Source of the DNA: Thiogranum sp.
GTDB lineage: Bacteria; Pseudomonadota; Gammaproteobacteria; DSM-19610
Length of the DNA: 46,112 nucleotides
Assembly: GCA_046757125.1 (NCBI GenBank)
Contig: JBHHXO010000001.1
Location: 1 to 46,112 of the forward strand
Reading direction: 5' to 3'
Made by a program: the position numbers and the translations under genes. Numbering within the stretch: position 1 is the stretch's first letter; each line of letters begins with the position of its first letter. Below are positions 32,861-41,686 of this stretch, piece after piece. A model generated the notes under the pieces. That model was not told where the DNA came from and did not search any database. It saw only the letters and a list, made by a program, of their open reading frames with translations.

Positions 32861-34066
32861 CTACCTCGTTACCGTCCCGAGAATATCGTACACAGGGCCA
32901 AGCACTGACAGCATCACCCAGCCGAGCATGGCGCCCAGTATCAGGGTCAGGGTCGGTTCGATCATGGTTTGCACGCGCTCTATGGATTCGCGCACATCGC
33001 GGTTATAGAAGTAGCTGACGTTCTCCAGCGATGTGTCCAGCGCACCGCTGCTTTCACCTACTTTCATCATGCGCAACACCAGCGGCGGAAACAGCCCGGT
33101 ATTCTCGAAGCTTGCAGTGAGGCCCACGCCTTCGCCAATCTGTTTGCGCACTCTCTGCAGGGCCTCGGCGACCACTTTGTTGCCGACCAGCGATTCGCCC
33201 ATGCGAATACAGTCGAGCACGGTTACGCCGGCTTTATAGAGCAGCGCGAAGTTGCTGGTAAAGCGCGCCAGTATTATTTTCTGGTAGATCGGTCCTACCG
33301 GCAGCAGTCGCAGTTTCAGGCGGTCGACCTGGTAGCGGCCGTTTTCGCTGTAGCGTGCCCAGAAGCGCATACCGAAGAAGATGGCGAGCGGGGCTGCCAG
33401 CAGAATATACCAGTATTGAGTAATGAATTCGGATGCCAGAATCAGTGCCCGTGTATGAGCCGGAATCGATTCACCCATGTTCTGGATAAATCCGACCAGT
33501 TCGGGGACCAGGTATACCATCAGAAACACGATGACGCCTGTGACGATGATACCCACGAATGCCGGGTACATGATGATTTTCCTGGTGTGTGAAGCCAGCT
33601 CGTCCTGCCACTTCAGCGATTCCGTAAGCCGTTGCAGTACGTCAGCGAGCATGCCGCTCTCTTCGCCGGCGGCAATAAGGCTGACAAATATCGGTCCGAA
33701 TATGGCAGGGAAAGCAGCCAGCGCCTGGGAAAGCGTTTTGCCACCCTCTATGTCCTCTATAAGTGAGGAAATGATTTCCCGAAAACGCTGGTTGTCGATA
33801 CTGTCGCGCAGGTCGCGGAGTGAATCCAGGATGGGGACACCGGCCTTGGAAAGTTGCTCCAGGTGGAAACAGAAGGTAACCAGCTCGGGCCGGCCGACGC
33901 GGCTGCGGCGTAAACTGAAGCGGCTGTTGCGAGCCGGTTTGAAATCGATGAGGTCCAGCCCCATGCGGGTCAGGCGCAGCTCGAGGTCATCGTCGTTGCT
34001 GGCCTCGATGCGCCCCAGCACGGTCTTCCCGTAACCGTCTACCGCCTTGTATTCGAATGCTGCCAT
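32861..34066 (-). CDS. GspF/PilC-family platform protein (module A)
   Basis: FCFHLEQLSKAGVP, GEESGML, MYP, GESSGALD and IEP motifs. Confidence 0.9.
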   Translation of the reverse strand: MAAFEYKAVDGYGKTVLGRIEASNDDDLELRLTRMGLDLIDFKPARNSRFSLRRSRVGRPELVTFCFHLEQLSKAGVPILDSLRDLRDSIDNQRFREIISSLIEDIEGGKTLSQALAAFPAIFGPIFVSLIAAGEESGMLADVLQRLTESLKWQDELASHTRKIIMYPAFVGIIVTGVIVFLMVYLVPELVGFIQNMGESIPAHTRALILASEFITQYWYILLAAPLAIFFGMRFWARYSENGRYQVDRLKLRLLPVGPIYQKIILARFTSNFALLYKAGVTVLDCIRMGESLVGNKVVAEALQRVRKQIGEGVGLTASFENTGLFPPLVLRMMKVGESSGALDTSLENVSYFYNRDVRESIERVQTMIEPTLTLILGAMLGWVMLSVLGPVYDILGTVTR

Positions 34067-34090
34067 GTGTTTCTGTTTCTCTGACCCCGG

Positions 34091-35791
34091 TTACAGGCGA
34101 TCGGTGAGATCGACAACCCTTGCAACTTCTTCCAGTGTGGTGCTGCCATCCAGTACGCGCCGCAGGCCGTCTTCGGCAATGGGCCGGAATTCCTTGCTTA
34201 AGGCGAGGTCGTAAATCTCGCGCCGCGGGGCGCGCCGCGCAATGAGGTCGTCCATGTCGTGGTCCACTTTCAACAGTTCGGTAATTGCCATACGTCCCTT
34301 GTAACCGAAATTGTTGCAGTGATCGCAACCCCGGGCACGGTAGATGACCGTACTTTCACCCTTGTCCAGTCCCAGCAGCTCGGATTCGAGTTCGTTGGAA
34401 GCGTCTTCCTTGCGGCAATGCGGACACAGTTTGCGGATCAGGCGTTGCGCTACGATGCCGATAATATTGCCGGCGAGAATGTCCGGGACTATGCCGAGGT
34501 CGAGCAGGCGCGGTATGGCGCCGACCGCCGAGCTGGTATGCAGCGTCGAATAGACCTGGTGGCCGGTCATGGCGGCGCGCAGCGCCATGTCCGCGGTATC
34601 TTCGTCACGCACCTCACCAACCAGGATAATATCGGGATCCTGGCGCAGCATGGAACGGATGCCGCTGGCAAAATCCAGTTTTGCGGCGGTATTTACCGAC
34701 GTCTGGCGGATCATGGACATGGGGTATTCGACCGGGTCTTCCAGGGTCATGATGTTGACTGACTCGTTGTTCACGTAGTTCAGCATCGAATACAGCGTGG
34801 TGGTCTTGCCGCTGCCGGTGGGTCCTGTTACCAGCAGGATGCCTTCGGGGCGTGCCATCATCAGGCGCAGAGCCGCCAGAGCCGTATCACTCAGACCCAG
34901 TTGATCCAGTGGCACGATACCCTTGTTGCGATCCAGTATGCGCAGCACGATGTTTTCGCCATAGGTAGTCGGTTGTGCGGATACACGAAAATCGATCGGC
35001 CGGCCGAACAGCGTTAACGAGATATGACCGTCCTGCGGTGCACGGGTTTCCGCGATATTCATGCCGGATATGACTTTCAGTCGCACCGCGATTGCCGACC
35101 AGTAGTTCTGGTGCAGGCTGCGCACCTGTCTCAGTACGCCGTCGATACGGTAGCGGATACGCAGGAAGCCGTGCTCGGGCTCGAAATGAATATCGGATGA
35201 ACCTTTCTTGACCGCGTCCGACAGTATGGCGTCGACAAGGCGTACCAGAGGCTGACTGTACTCTTCGGATTCGCCATGCAGTGTGTTGTAATCGACCTGG
35301 CCGGTTTCGATTTCGCGCAGAATACCGTCCACGGACAGTTCAAAACCGTAAAACTGGTCTATTGCGTTTTCAATTTCGGATTCGCCGGCCAGTACCGGGT
35401 GTATATCAATCTGTCCGCCCAGCAGGGCGCGCAGCTGGTCGATGGCGACCACATTGAAAGTATCGGAGATCGCAACGGTCAGCAGGTTTTTCTGCCGGTC
35501 TATCGACAGCGGCATGATCTGGAAGCGGCGTGCGGTATCCTTGCCGACCAGTTGCAGGACTTCAGTATCGACCACGACCTTGCCCAGGTCGACACTTTCG
35601 TGACCCAGCGCTTCACCAAGGACATCGCGTACCACTGCCTCGGTGGCGAAACCCAGGCTGACAATAATTTTTCCCAGTTGCTCCTTGCACTTTTTCTGCT
35701 CGGTCAGGGCGATGTCCAGCTGGTCCTGGGTGAGGATGCCCTTCTCTATCAGCAGGTCACCGATGCGCTTCGGTTTGGCGACGGCGCTCAT
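34091..35791 (-). CDS. GspE/PilB-family assembly ATPase with MshEN motif (module A)
   Basis: RIGDLLIEKGILTQDQLDIALTEQ, SSDIHFEP, GPTGSGKTT, RQDPDIILVGE and CxxC...CxxC. Confidence 0.92.
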   Translation of the reverse strand: MSAVAKPKRIGDLLIEKGILTQDQLDIALTEQKKCKEQLGKIIVSLGFATEAVVRDVLGEALGHESVDLGKVVVDTEVLQLVGKDTARRFQIMPLSIDRQKNLLTVAISDTFNVVAIDQLRALLGGQIDIHPVLAGESEIENAIDQFYGFELSVDGILREIETGQVDYNTLHGESEEYSQPLVRLVDAILSDAVKKGSSDIHFEPEHGFLRIRYRIDGVLRQVRSLHQNYWSAIAVRLKVISGMNIAETRAPQDGHISLTLFGRPIDFRVSAQPTTYGENIVLRILDRNKGIVPLDQLGLSDTALAALRLMMARPEGILLVTGPTGSGKTTTLYSMLNYVNNESVNIMTLEDPVEYPMSMIRQTSVNTAAKLDFASGIRSMLRQDPDIILVGEVRDEDTADMALRAAMTGHQVYSTLHTSSAVGAIPRLLDLGIVPDILAGNIIGIVAQRLIRKLCPHCRKEDASNELESELLGLDKGESTVIYRARGCDHCNNFGYKGRMAITELLKVDHDMDDLIARRAPRREIYDLALSKEFRPIAEDGLRRVLDGSTTLEEVARVVDLTDRL

Positions 35792-36993
35792 GGTGTTTTC
35801 CCCGCTTCCAGTTCCCGGATCCGGTTGTCCAGTTGCCGGGTATTGAACAGCGCGCTGTGGTCGGCGGCCAGTCCCTGTGCCTTCAGGTAATATTCCAGGG
35901 CCTGTTTCTGCAGGCCGAGCTGATCGAGGCTGATTGCCAGGTTGAATGCGTAGTCAGGCTGGATCGGGTCGATGCGCTGTGCTTCAAAGTAGGCTTGCTG
36001 TGCTTCCTTCCACTGTCCCGCGGACGCGTAACGGTTACCCAGGGCAAAGTGAAGCTGGGCGTTATCGCGGTCGCTCTGCAGCCAGTGCTTGAGTTGACTG
36101 GTTTCCTGCAGGCTGTCGCGTGAGTTGCCCAGCGAACCCAGGGCAATCTGTGCGGTTTTGTCTGCCGGGTTGGCTTTCAGTACGCGTTCGTAATAGTAAC
36201 GTGCCACACGCAAGTCTCCCTGGTGCATGGCGATGCCCGCCAGTCCCAGCGCGGCATCACGGCTGTCCGGGTTACGCTTCAGGGCTTTCCGGTAGAGTTG
36301 CTCCGCTTCGACATAGTTTTGTTGCTGGTACGCCTGATAGGCGTTCTGAATCAATGGATGAACAGCCCGGATCCTGCGGCTCCTGTGGATCTCGATGCGT
36401 TGGGCGGGCTGAGCAACGGCTGCATCGGATATGTCGGCAGTTCCGGCCGCCTGTGCGTCTGGTTGCCGGGGTGAGGTCGGCACAGGTGTTGCGGGTACAA
36501 AAGCCGCCGCTGTGCGTTCAGTTACAGCCGGTGCCGGTAACGGCTCGGTGGCCGGCGGCGGGTTAGTCTCCGGAGCCGGGACATCGATCAGGGTTGCCGT
36601 GTGCGGGGTGGCCGGTATCACTACCCGATCACTGCGCCACAGGTAGTAGGCACCTACAATCACGATGATCGTGACAAAACCGGACAGAAAGTACAGGGCC
36701 TTCTTTTGCCAGGCGGTGGCGGGTGTGGCAACCAGCGCAGCAGCTGTTTTTGCCCGCTCCCGGGGTGGCTCCGCATCAGCAGCCTCGTCGGCTGCGGAAT
36801 TTTTATCGACAACGAATGCATCCGTCTCGGTTTGCAGCTCTTCCACCAGTTGCGTCGCTGCATTCAACGGTTCCAGTTGCATGTCAGGCTCATCCGCCGG
36901 CTGTGCCTGTTCTGTTGCGCTTTCGGCAGGGGCCGGCTTGTCCTGTTCCTGCTGCGTCTCTGCCCGGCGCAATGCGTCCATCAAAAGGCTCAA
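35788..36993 (-). CDS. TPR-repeat membrane protein (MshN/GspB-like)
   Basis: MSLLMDALRRAE N-terminus, TM segment, Pro/Ala-rich linker and TPRs (FALGN, YAFNLAISLD). Confidence 0.78.
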   Translation of the reverse strand: MSLLMDALRRAETQQEQDKPAPAESATEQAQPADEPDMQLEPLNAATQLVEELQTETDAFVVDKNSAADEAADAEPPRERAKTAAALVATPATAWQKKALYFLSGFVTIIVIVGAYYLWRSDRVVIPATPHTATLIDVPAPETNPPPATEPLPAPAVTERTAAAFVPATPVPTSPRQPDAQAAGTADISDAAVAQPAQRIEIHRSRRIRAVHPLIQNAYQAYQQQNYVEAEQLYRKALKRNPDSRDAALGLAGIAMHQGDLRVARYYYERVLKANPADKTAQIALGSLGNSRDSLQETSQLKHWLQSDRDNAQLHFALGNRYASAGQWKEAQQAYFEAQRIDPIQPDYAFNLAISLDQLGLQKQALEYYLKAQGLAADHSALFNTRQLDNRIRELEAGKTP

Positions 36994-38621
36994 TTGCGCT
37001 TCCTCTGTTCATTGGCGTAGCGTGGCCCCAGCGGCGCTGTCGGGTCGGGAAGGTAATCGGTATAGGTATCCATTTGTTGATCGATACTGGCGATAACACG
37101 CGGTCGCAGGAAAATAACCAGCTCGGATTTCTTTATCTTGTTGTTGCGGTAGGTGAATGCGTCACCCACGTAATCAAGTTCGGTCAGACCGGGAATACCC
37201 TGGTCATTGAGCTGGATGGAATCCTGGATGAGACCGCCGAGTACGGCGATCTGGCCACTGCGCACGCGCAGTACGGATTCCATCTCCCGTACCTGTATCT
37301 GCGGTATCTGGCTGACAATGTCATTTATCGCCAGCGCCGGGTTGGGGTCGTTCACGAATCCGGTGACACGTGAAATCGTGGGCCGTACGTTCAGGCTGAC
37401 GGCATCTTCGCGGCTGACCTGCGGCGTGACCGACATGACAAAACCGACGGGCACGGTATGCGGCGTACTGGTAAAGGTCGTTTGCGAATTGGTCTGGTTG
37501 GTTACAGTATCGGCTTCCAGCGTGAAGTAGACGACGTTTTCCACCACTTTCAGCAAGGCGGTCTGGTTGTTAATGGCCATGATCTTGGGGCTGGACAGCA
37601 CTTTCACATTGCCGAATTCCTGCAGCATCTTTACCGAACTGGCAATGCTGCCCCAGCTTTTGTTGGTGAGGTAGTCGACGGTAAATACCGGTGGAGAATT
37701 AAGGTTCGAACCCAGCAGCTCCTGCGAAACACTCAGGCCGGTTCCGTTGTCGGCCAGCACCGACCAGTCGACGCCGAACTGGTAGTTATCGTTCAGTTCC
37801 ACCTCTACAACGGTGGCCTCGATCAGGACCTGTCGCTGTGCACTGGTTACCAGGCGGTCCAGGTATTCCTGGATGAGCAGGTGCTGGGCCTGGGTGGCGC
37901 GCGCGGTCAGCATGCCGGTTTCGGCGTTGACAATGACCGAGATATCAACAGTGCTGTCTTCGCTGCCCAGGCCGAGAAAGCTGGCAATGTTGGTGCGCAG
38001 CTGTTTCCAGAACCGGTTTTCCGAGGTGGTCGTTACCGAGGTGCTGGAGCTGTTGGATCCGCTGCTCGATCCCCCGCTGCTGCTTCCGCCGCCGGAACCT
38101 TCCAGGGCAGACTGTCCGGTTGTGGCAATCTGGGTGGAAACGCCGTTGCTGCTGCTGCTGCGGCGGGTCAGGTTGACGTAATCAATATAGTAGCTGCGCA
38201 GGTACGGCTGGTCCGGCTCCACTACCAGCAGGTCGTCCTCGAAGTGATAACGGATCGGCACCTGGGCTGCAATCCGGTCGAGTATCTGCAGCAGTGTCTG
38301 ATCGATCGCGTTGAGGGTGACGGTACCGCTCAGGCCAGGGTGGACGTCGATATTCATTTTGGCGTCGCGCGCCAGCGTGAACAGCAGTTCTGCCAGCGGG
38401 ACCCCGGTAATGACCACGCTGTAGGTTTCCTGCGCAACAGGCGGCGTTGGTTCCGGGACTACCGGCGCACGTGTCACAGGGCTGGGAATTTGCCGGGAGA
38501 GGTGTGAACGGTCCGCTTTCGGAGTGTTTTCCAGGTGCCCGGGTGACGGGCGGTCCGGCGTCGGGACGCAGCCGTACCCCGCCAGTAAAAAGGCCAGCAG
38601 CAAAAATCTAGCTGTATTCAT
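36990..38621 (-). CDS. Outer-membrane secretin, MshL-like lipoprotein
   Basis: Lipobox-like LAGYGC, Ser/Gly-rich insert, RQVLIEATVVEVEL, VLSSPK...NNQ and KSELVIFLRP. Confidence 0.9.
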   Translation of the reverse strand: MNTARFLLLAFLLAGYGCVPTPDRPSPGHLENTPKADRSHLSRQIPSPVTRAPVVPEPTPPVAQETYSVVITGVPLAELLFTLARDAKMNIDVHPGLSGTVTLNAIDQTLLQILDRIAAQVPIRYHFEDDLLVVEPDQPYLRSYYIDYVNLTRRSSSSNGVSTQIATTGQSALEGSGGGSSSGGSSSGSNSSSTSVTTTSENRFWKQLRTNIASFLGLGSEDSTVDISVIVNAETGMLTARATQAQHLLIQEYLDRLVTSAQRQVLIEATVVEVELNDNYQFGVDWSVLADNGTGLSVSQELLGSNLNSPPVFTVDYLTNKSWGSIASSVKMLQEFGNVKVLSSPKIMAINNQTALLKVVENVVYFTLEADTVTNQTNSQTTFTSTPHTVPVGFVMSVTPQVSREDAVSLNVRPTISRVTGFVNDPNPALAINDIVSQIPQIQVREMESVLRVRSGQIAVLGGLIQDSIQLNDQGIPGLTELDYVGDAFTYRNNKIKKSELVIFLRPRVIASIDQQMDTYTDYLPDPTAPLGPRYANEQRKRN

Positions 38622-39985
38622 CCCTGTTCTTCCCTGTGCATGTCCGTGCCCATGGTTTGAAAGCGGGTTCGCAACGGGTCCAGCGAACGTAAATAGGGCT
38701 GGTGTCGTTGTATTCTCTCCGGTAAATCGGCCAGTGCGGCCAAAGCTTTTGTTTTGCTGTCGAATTCACCGAACAGAATATTCCAGCGCTGGCGTCCGGC
38801 TACCTCGCTCCGATACAGGTAAACATCGGGAAGGAGGCTGTTATATAGCGGTTTTTCAAGAAGTTTTTCCACGGTGCGCAAATCGTCGTTCTCGGTCAGC
38901 AATAACTGTATGGTCAGCTGCCTGCCGGCGGGCCGCTGCAGCCAGTCGTTCGAGGCCTGGAGGCGTTGCGATACCAGCGGCAGACCGCCGGAGGAGGGAC
39001 GGGTTTGCAGCGCAATCGCCCGCAATTCGTCAATATTTTGGCTAATTTGGGTGGCCGGGGTGATTGTGTCCGGGGGTGGTGGCGTGTAGTGGTTGAAGAC
39101 GGCGATACCGACAAGCGCAACTGCAGTGCCGGCACCCAGACCCGCAGCGAGACCTCCCGGGAGTAGTTGCGGGCGACCCGGGCTGGCGCCGTCGTAGCGG
39201 GCACGCCAGACATGTTTCCAGCACACGCGGCTGGATTGTGCAGCGAATGCGGCCAGCAGGGCCTTGTCGGCCAGAATATTCAGGCGCCGGATAAGACCGC
39301 GTGAAAATATCGCCAGTAGCCGATAGGCGGTTGCAGTAAAGAGATCATTGCCCCTGTAGCCGGCGCTGTGCAACCTGAAGCGAATGTAGTCCCTGATTTC
39401 CGCCATGCTCAGGGGCGACAGGTTGAAGCAGTGGCTTATGCGGTCGCGCAACTGACGAATTTCATGTTTTTCAATAAGATAGTTGAGTTCCGGCTGTCCG
39501 AACAGCACCAGTTGCAGGAGTTTGCTGTGGCGGGTTTCCAGGTTGGATAACAGCCGGATTTCTTCCAGCGTCTCGAGTGACATCTGCTGGGCTTCTTCAA
39601 CAAATACAACAACCTGTCGTTTGTTCCGGTGCGCTTCCAGCAGATAGTCCTGAAGCTGTTGTTGGAGCTGCAAATGCGGCGTGTCTACACCGGCCGGCAG
39701 GTTCAGTTCCAGTGCTATGGCGGCCAGGATTTCGTTGCGCGTAAGACCGGGATTGGTGAGGTACACCACATCGACAGAGTCGGGCAGCTGATCCTGCAAC
39801 ATATGGCATAGCATGGTTTTTCCGGTGCCGACTTCGCCGGTGACCTTGACCATGCCTTCACCGCGGGTAATGGCATAAAGCAGCGAGTTCAGAACCTCGG
39901 CACGCTGACCGCCACCGAAAAAATGCCGTGTATCGGGTGTGATGCGGAAAGGGGCGGCGGACAGTCCAAAGTGCCTGTTATACAT
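38618..39985 (-). CDS. ExeA/MshM-family AAA ATPase with a C-terminal SPOR-like domain
   Basis: MYNRHFGL..PF, GEVGTGKT, EEAQ, LFGQPEL, a TM segment and a TIQL...ILFGEF...PYLR tail. Confidence 0.88.
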   Translation of the reverse strand: MYNRHFGLSAAPFRITPDTRHFFGGGQRAEVLNSLLYAITRGEGMVKVTGEVGTGKTMLCHMLQDQLPDSVDVVYLTNPGLTRNEILAAIALELNLPAGVDTPHLQLQQQLQDYLLEAHRNKRQVVVFVEEAQQMSLETLEEIRLLSNLETRHSKLLQLVLFGQPELNYLIEKHEIRQLRDRISHCFNLSPLSMAEIRDYIRFRLHSAGYRGNDLFTATAYRLLAIFSRGLIRRLNILADKALLAAFAAQSSRVCWKHVWRARYDGASPGRPQLLPGGLAAGLGAGTAVALVGIAVFNHYTPPPPDTITPATQISQNIDELRAIALQTRPSSGGLPLVSQRLQASNDWLQRPAGRQLTIQLLLTENDDLRTVEKLLEKPLYNSLLPDVYLYRSEVAGRQRWNILFGEFDSKTKALAALADLPERIQRHQPYLRSLDPLRTRFQTMGTDMHREEQG

Positions 39986-40024
39986 ATCGAACTCCTGTGT
40001 TTTCCTGCTAGCTCGGGAGATACA

Positions 40025-40040
40025 AGCAAATTGTGCGCCA
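40025..40040 (-). promoter_or_regulatory. Sigma54 promoter at the head of the type IV filament block
   Basis: Minus strand TGGCGCACAATTTGCT with exact GG-N10-GC spacing, 40 nt before the ATG, which has an AGGAG RBS. Confidence 0.7.
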
Positions 40041-40132
40041 CAGGGGTTTTTGTGGCTGATCGGGGGGATGGAAGGCTGTCGGGCGGGCGTCCGTTGCTGT
40101 TTGCGGTGAACCGGTGATCCCGCGGCAAGGCT

Positions 40133-41074
40133 TTACCCGTTCAGCTGCAGGGTGCCGGTGAGTGCCTTCAGGTTCGGAATTTGATGTTGTTCGAGGTAAC
40201 TGCGAATGCCTTCGTTCAGTTTCGGACAGATCAGCGGGTCGTAGAACAGGGCGGTCCCCACCCCGACAGCCGAAGCGCCGGCGATCAGAAATTCGATGGC
40301 GTCCTGCGCACTGGTGATACCGCCTTGCCCGATGACAGGGATATCGTGAGCCTTGCAGACCTGGTAGACCTGGTGAACTTTCAATAGCGCCACCGGCTTG
40401 ATCGCCGCTCCCGACAGGCCGCCCTGGTTGTTGCCGATAACCGGCCTGCGACTGTCGATGTCGATAGACATACCCATCAGGGTATTGATAACGGCGAAGG
40501 CGTCACTCCCCGCCTCAATACAACGCCGGGCGTTCTCCGCGATGTCGGTCTGGTTGGGTGACAGTTTGGTGACCAGCGGCTTCCCGGTGGCCTTGCGGCA
40601 GGCCTCCACTACGCGCGCCGACATATCCGGATCGTTTCCGAACGCTACCCCACCTTCCCTGACGTTCGGGCAGGAGATATTGATCTCGATGGCATCGATC
40701 GGCGAGTCGTCGAAGCGGCGCGTGACTTCGTAGTACTCTTCCACCGTGGAACCCGATACGTTGGCGATGAAGCGGGTTTCCCCGAAGTCCAGGGCGGGAA
40801 GAATCGTATTCACGACATAGTCGACGCCGGGGTTCTGCAGACCGATGGCGTTCAGCATGCCTGCCGGTGTCTCGTCGATCCTGTGGGGCCGGTTCCCGGG
40901 GCGTGCTTCGAGCGTGGTGCCTTTAAGACAGATGGCGCCGGCATCGCGGTTGGAAAATCCCCTGACGCGTGTATATTCCTCACCGAAACCCACGCAACCG
41001 GACAGCAATACCAGCGGTGTGTCGAACCTGAGGCCGCAGAACTCTATGCTGAGGGGATTACTGGTCTGAGTCAT
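40133..41074 (-). CDS. pyrD: Dihydroorotate dehydrogenase, class 1 catalytic subunit
   Basis: MLNAIGLQNPG, EINISCPN, KLSPN, GGLSG and IGQGGI motifs; no membrane anchor. Confidence 0.9.
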   Translation of the reverse strand: MTQTSNPLSIEFCGLRFDTPLVLLSGCVGFGEEYTRVRGFSNRDAGAICLKGTTLEARPGNRPHRIDETPAGMLNAIGLQNPGVDYVVNTILPALDFGETRFIANVSGSTVEEYYEVTRRFDDSPIDAIEINISCPNVREGGVAFGNDPDMSARVVEACRKATGKPLVTKLSPNQTDIAENARRCIEAGSDAFAVINTLMGMSIDIDSRRPVIGNNQGGLSGAAIKPVALLKVHQVYQVCKAHDIPVIGQGGITSAQDAIEFLIAGASAVGVGTALFYDPLICPKLNEGIRSYLEQHQIPNLKALTGTLQLNG

Positions 41075-41166
41075 TGGTCGGCTATTTGACCTGATGTGTT
41101 TGCGAAAGTGAAGTAGCTTGCACCGATCAGTATGCGGAACACAACCCGGATTTTCACAGCCAGCCC

Positions 41167-41631
41167 ATGTTTCACGTCGTACTCTATCAGCCGGAAATCC
41201 CGCCCAACACCGGGAATATTATGCGCCTGTGTGCCAATACGGGCAGTCAGCTGCACCTTATAAAACCCCTGGGTTTCGAGCTGGAAGATAAAAAATTGCG
41301 CCGCGCGGGACTCGACTACCGGGAATGGGCCAGTGTTGTGGAGCACGAAACGTTTGAGGATTTTCGCGAGCGGATACAGCCGGGGCGGATCTGGGCAGTA
41401 TCGACGCGCGGCAAAAGGCGCTACAGCGAAGTCCGCTACCGGCCACATGATGCTTTTCTGTTCGGACCGGAAACCCGGGGCCTTCCGGGGGAGTTGCTTG
41501 CAGGCCTGGGACAGGAGAGCGTGATTCGTATCCCCATGGTGGCGGAGAGCAGAAGCCTGAATCTTTCCAACTCGGCGGCAGTTCTCGTATACGAGGCCTG
41601 GCGTCAGCAGGCGTTTCACGCGGGTGGCTAG
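41167..41631 (+). CDS. trmL: tRNA (cytidine/uridine-34-2'-O)-methyltransferase
   Basis: PEIPPNTGN, RRAGLDY, FGPETRGLP and RSLNLSN motifs. Confidence 0.95.
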   Translation: MFHVVLYQPEIPPNTGNIMRLCANTGSQLHLIKPLGFELEDKKLRRAGLDYREWASVVEHETFEDFRERIQPGRIWAVSTRGKRRYSEVRYRPHDAFLFGPETRGLPGELLAGLGQESVIRIPMVAESRSLNLSNSAAVLVYEAWRQQAFHAGG

Positions 41632-41686
41632 CCCGCCCTTCTCACCGCATGGCCCGCTGCGCTATCGATCGGGGCTTCCCGGTATA

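Noticed and set aside
38040-38165. Low-complexity GCT/GCC repeats in the secretin gene
   Set aside because: They encode the Ser/Gly-rich insert typical of MshL/BfpB-like secretins; not a tandem array or CRISPR.
41168-41183. Additional parS-like sites (TGTTTCACGT at the trmL start; also near 4381 and 43878)
   Set aside because: Half-sites only; the other arm does not match the consensus.
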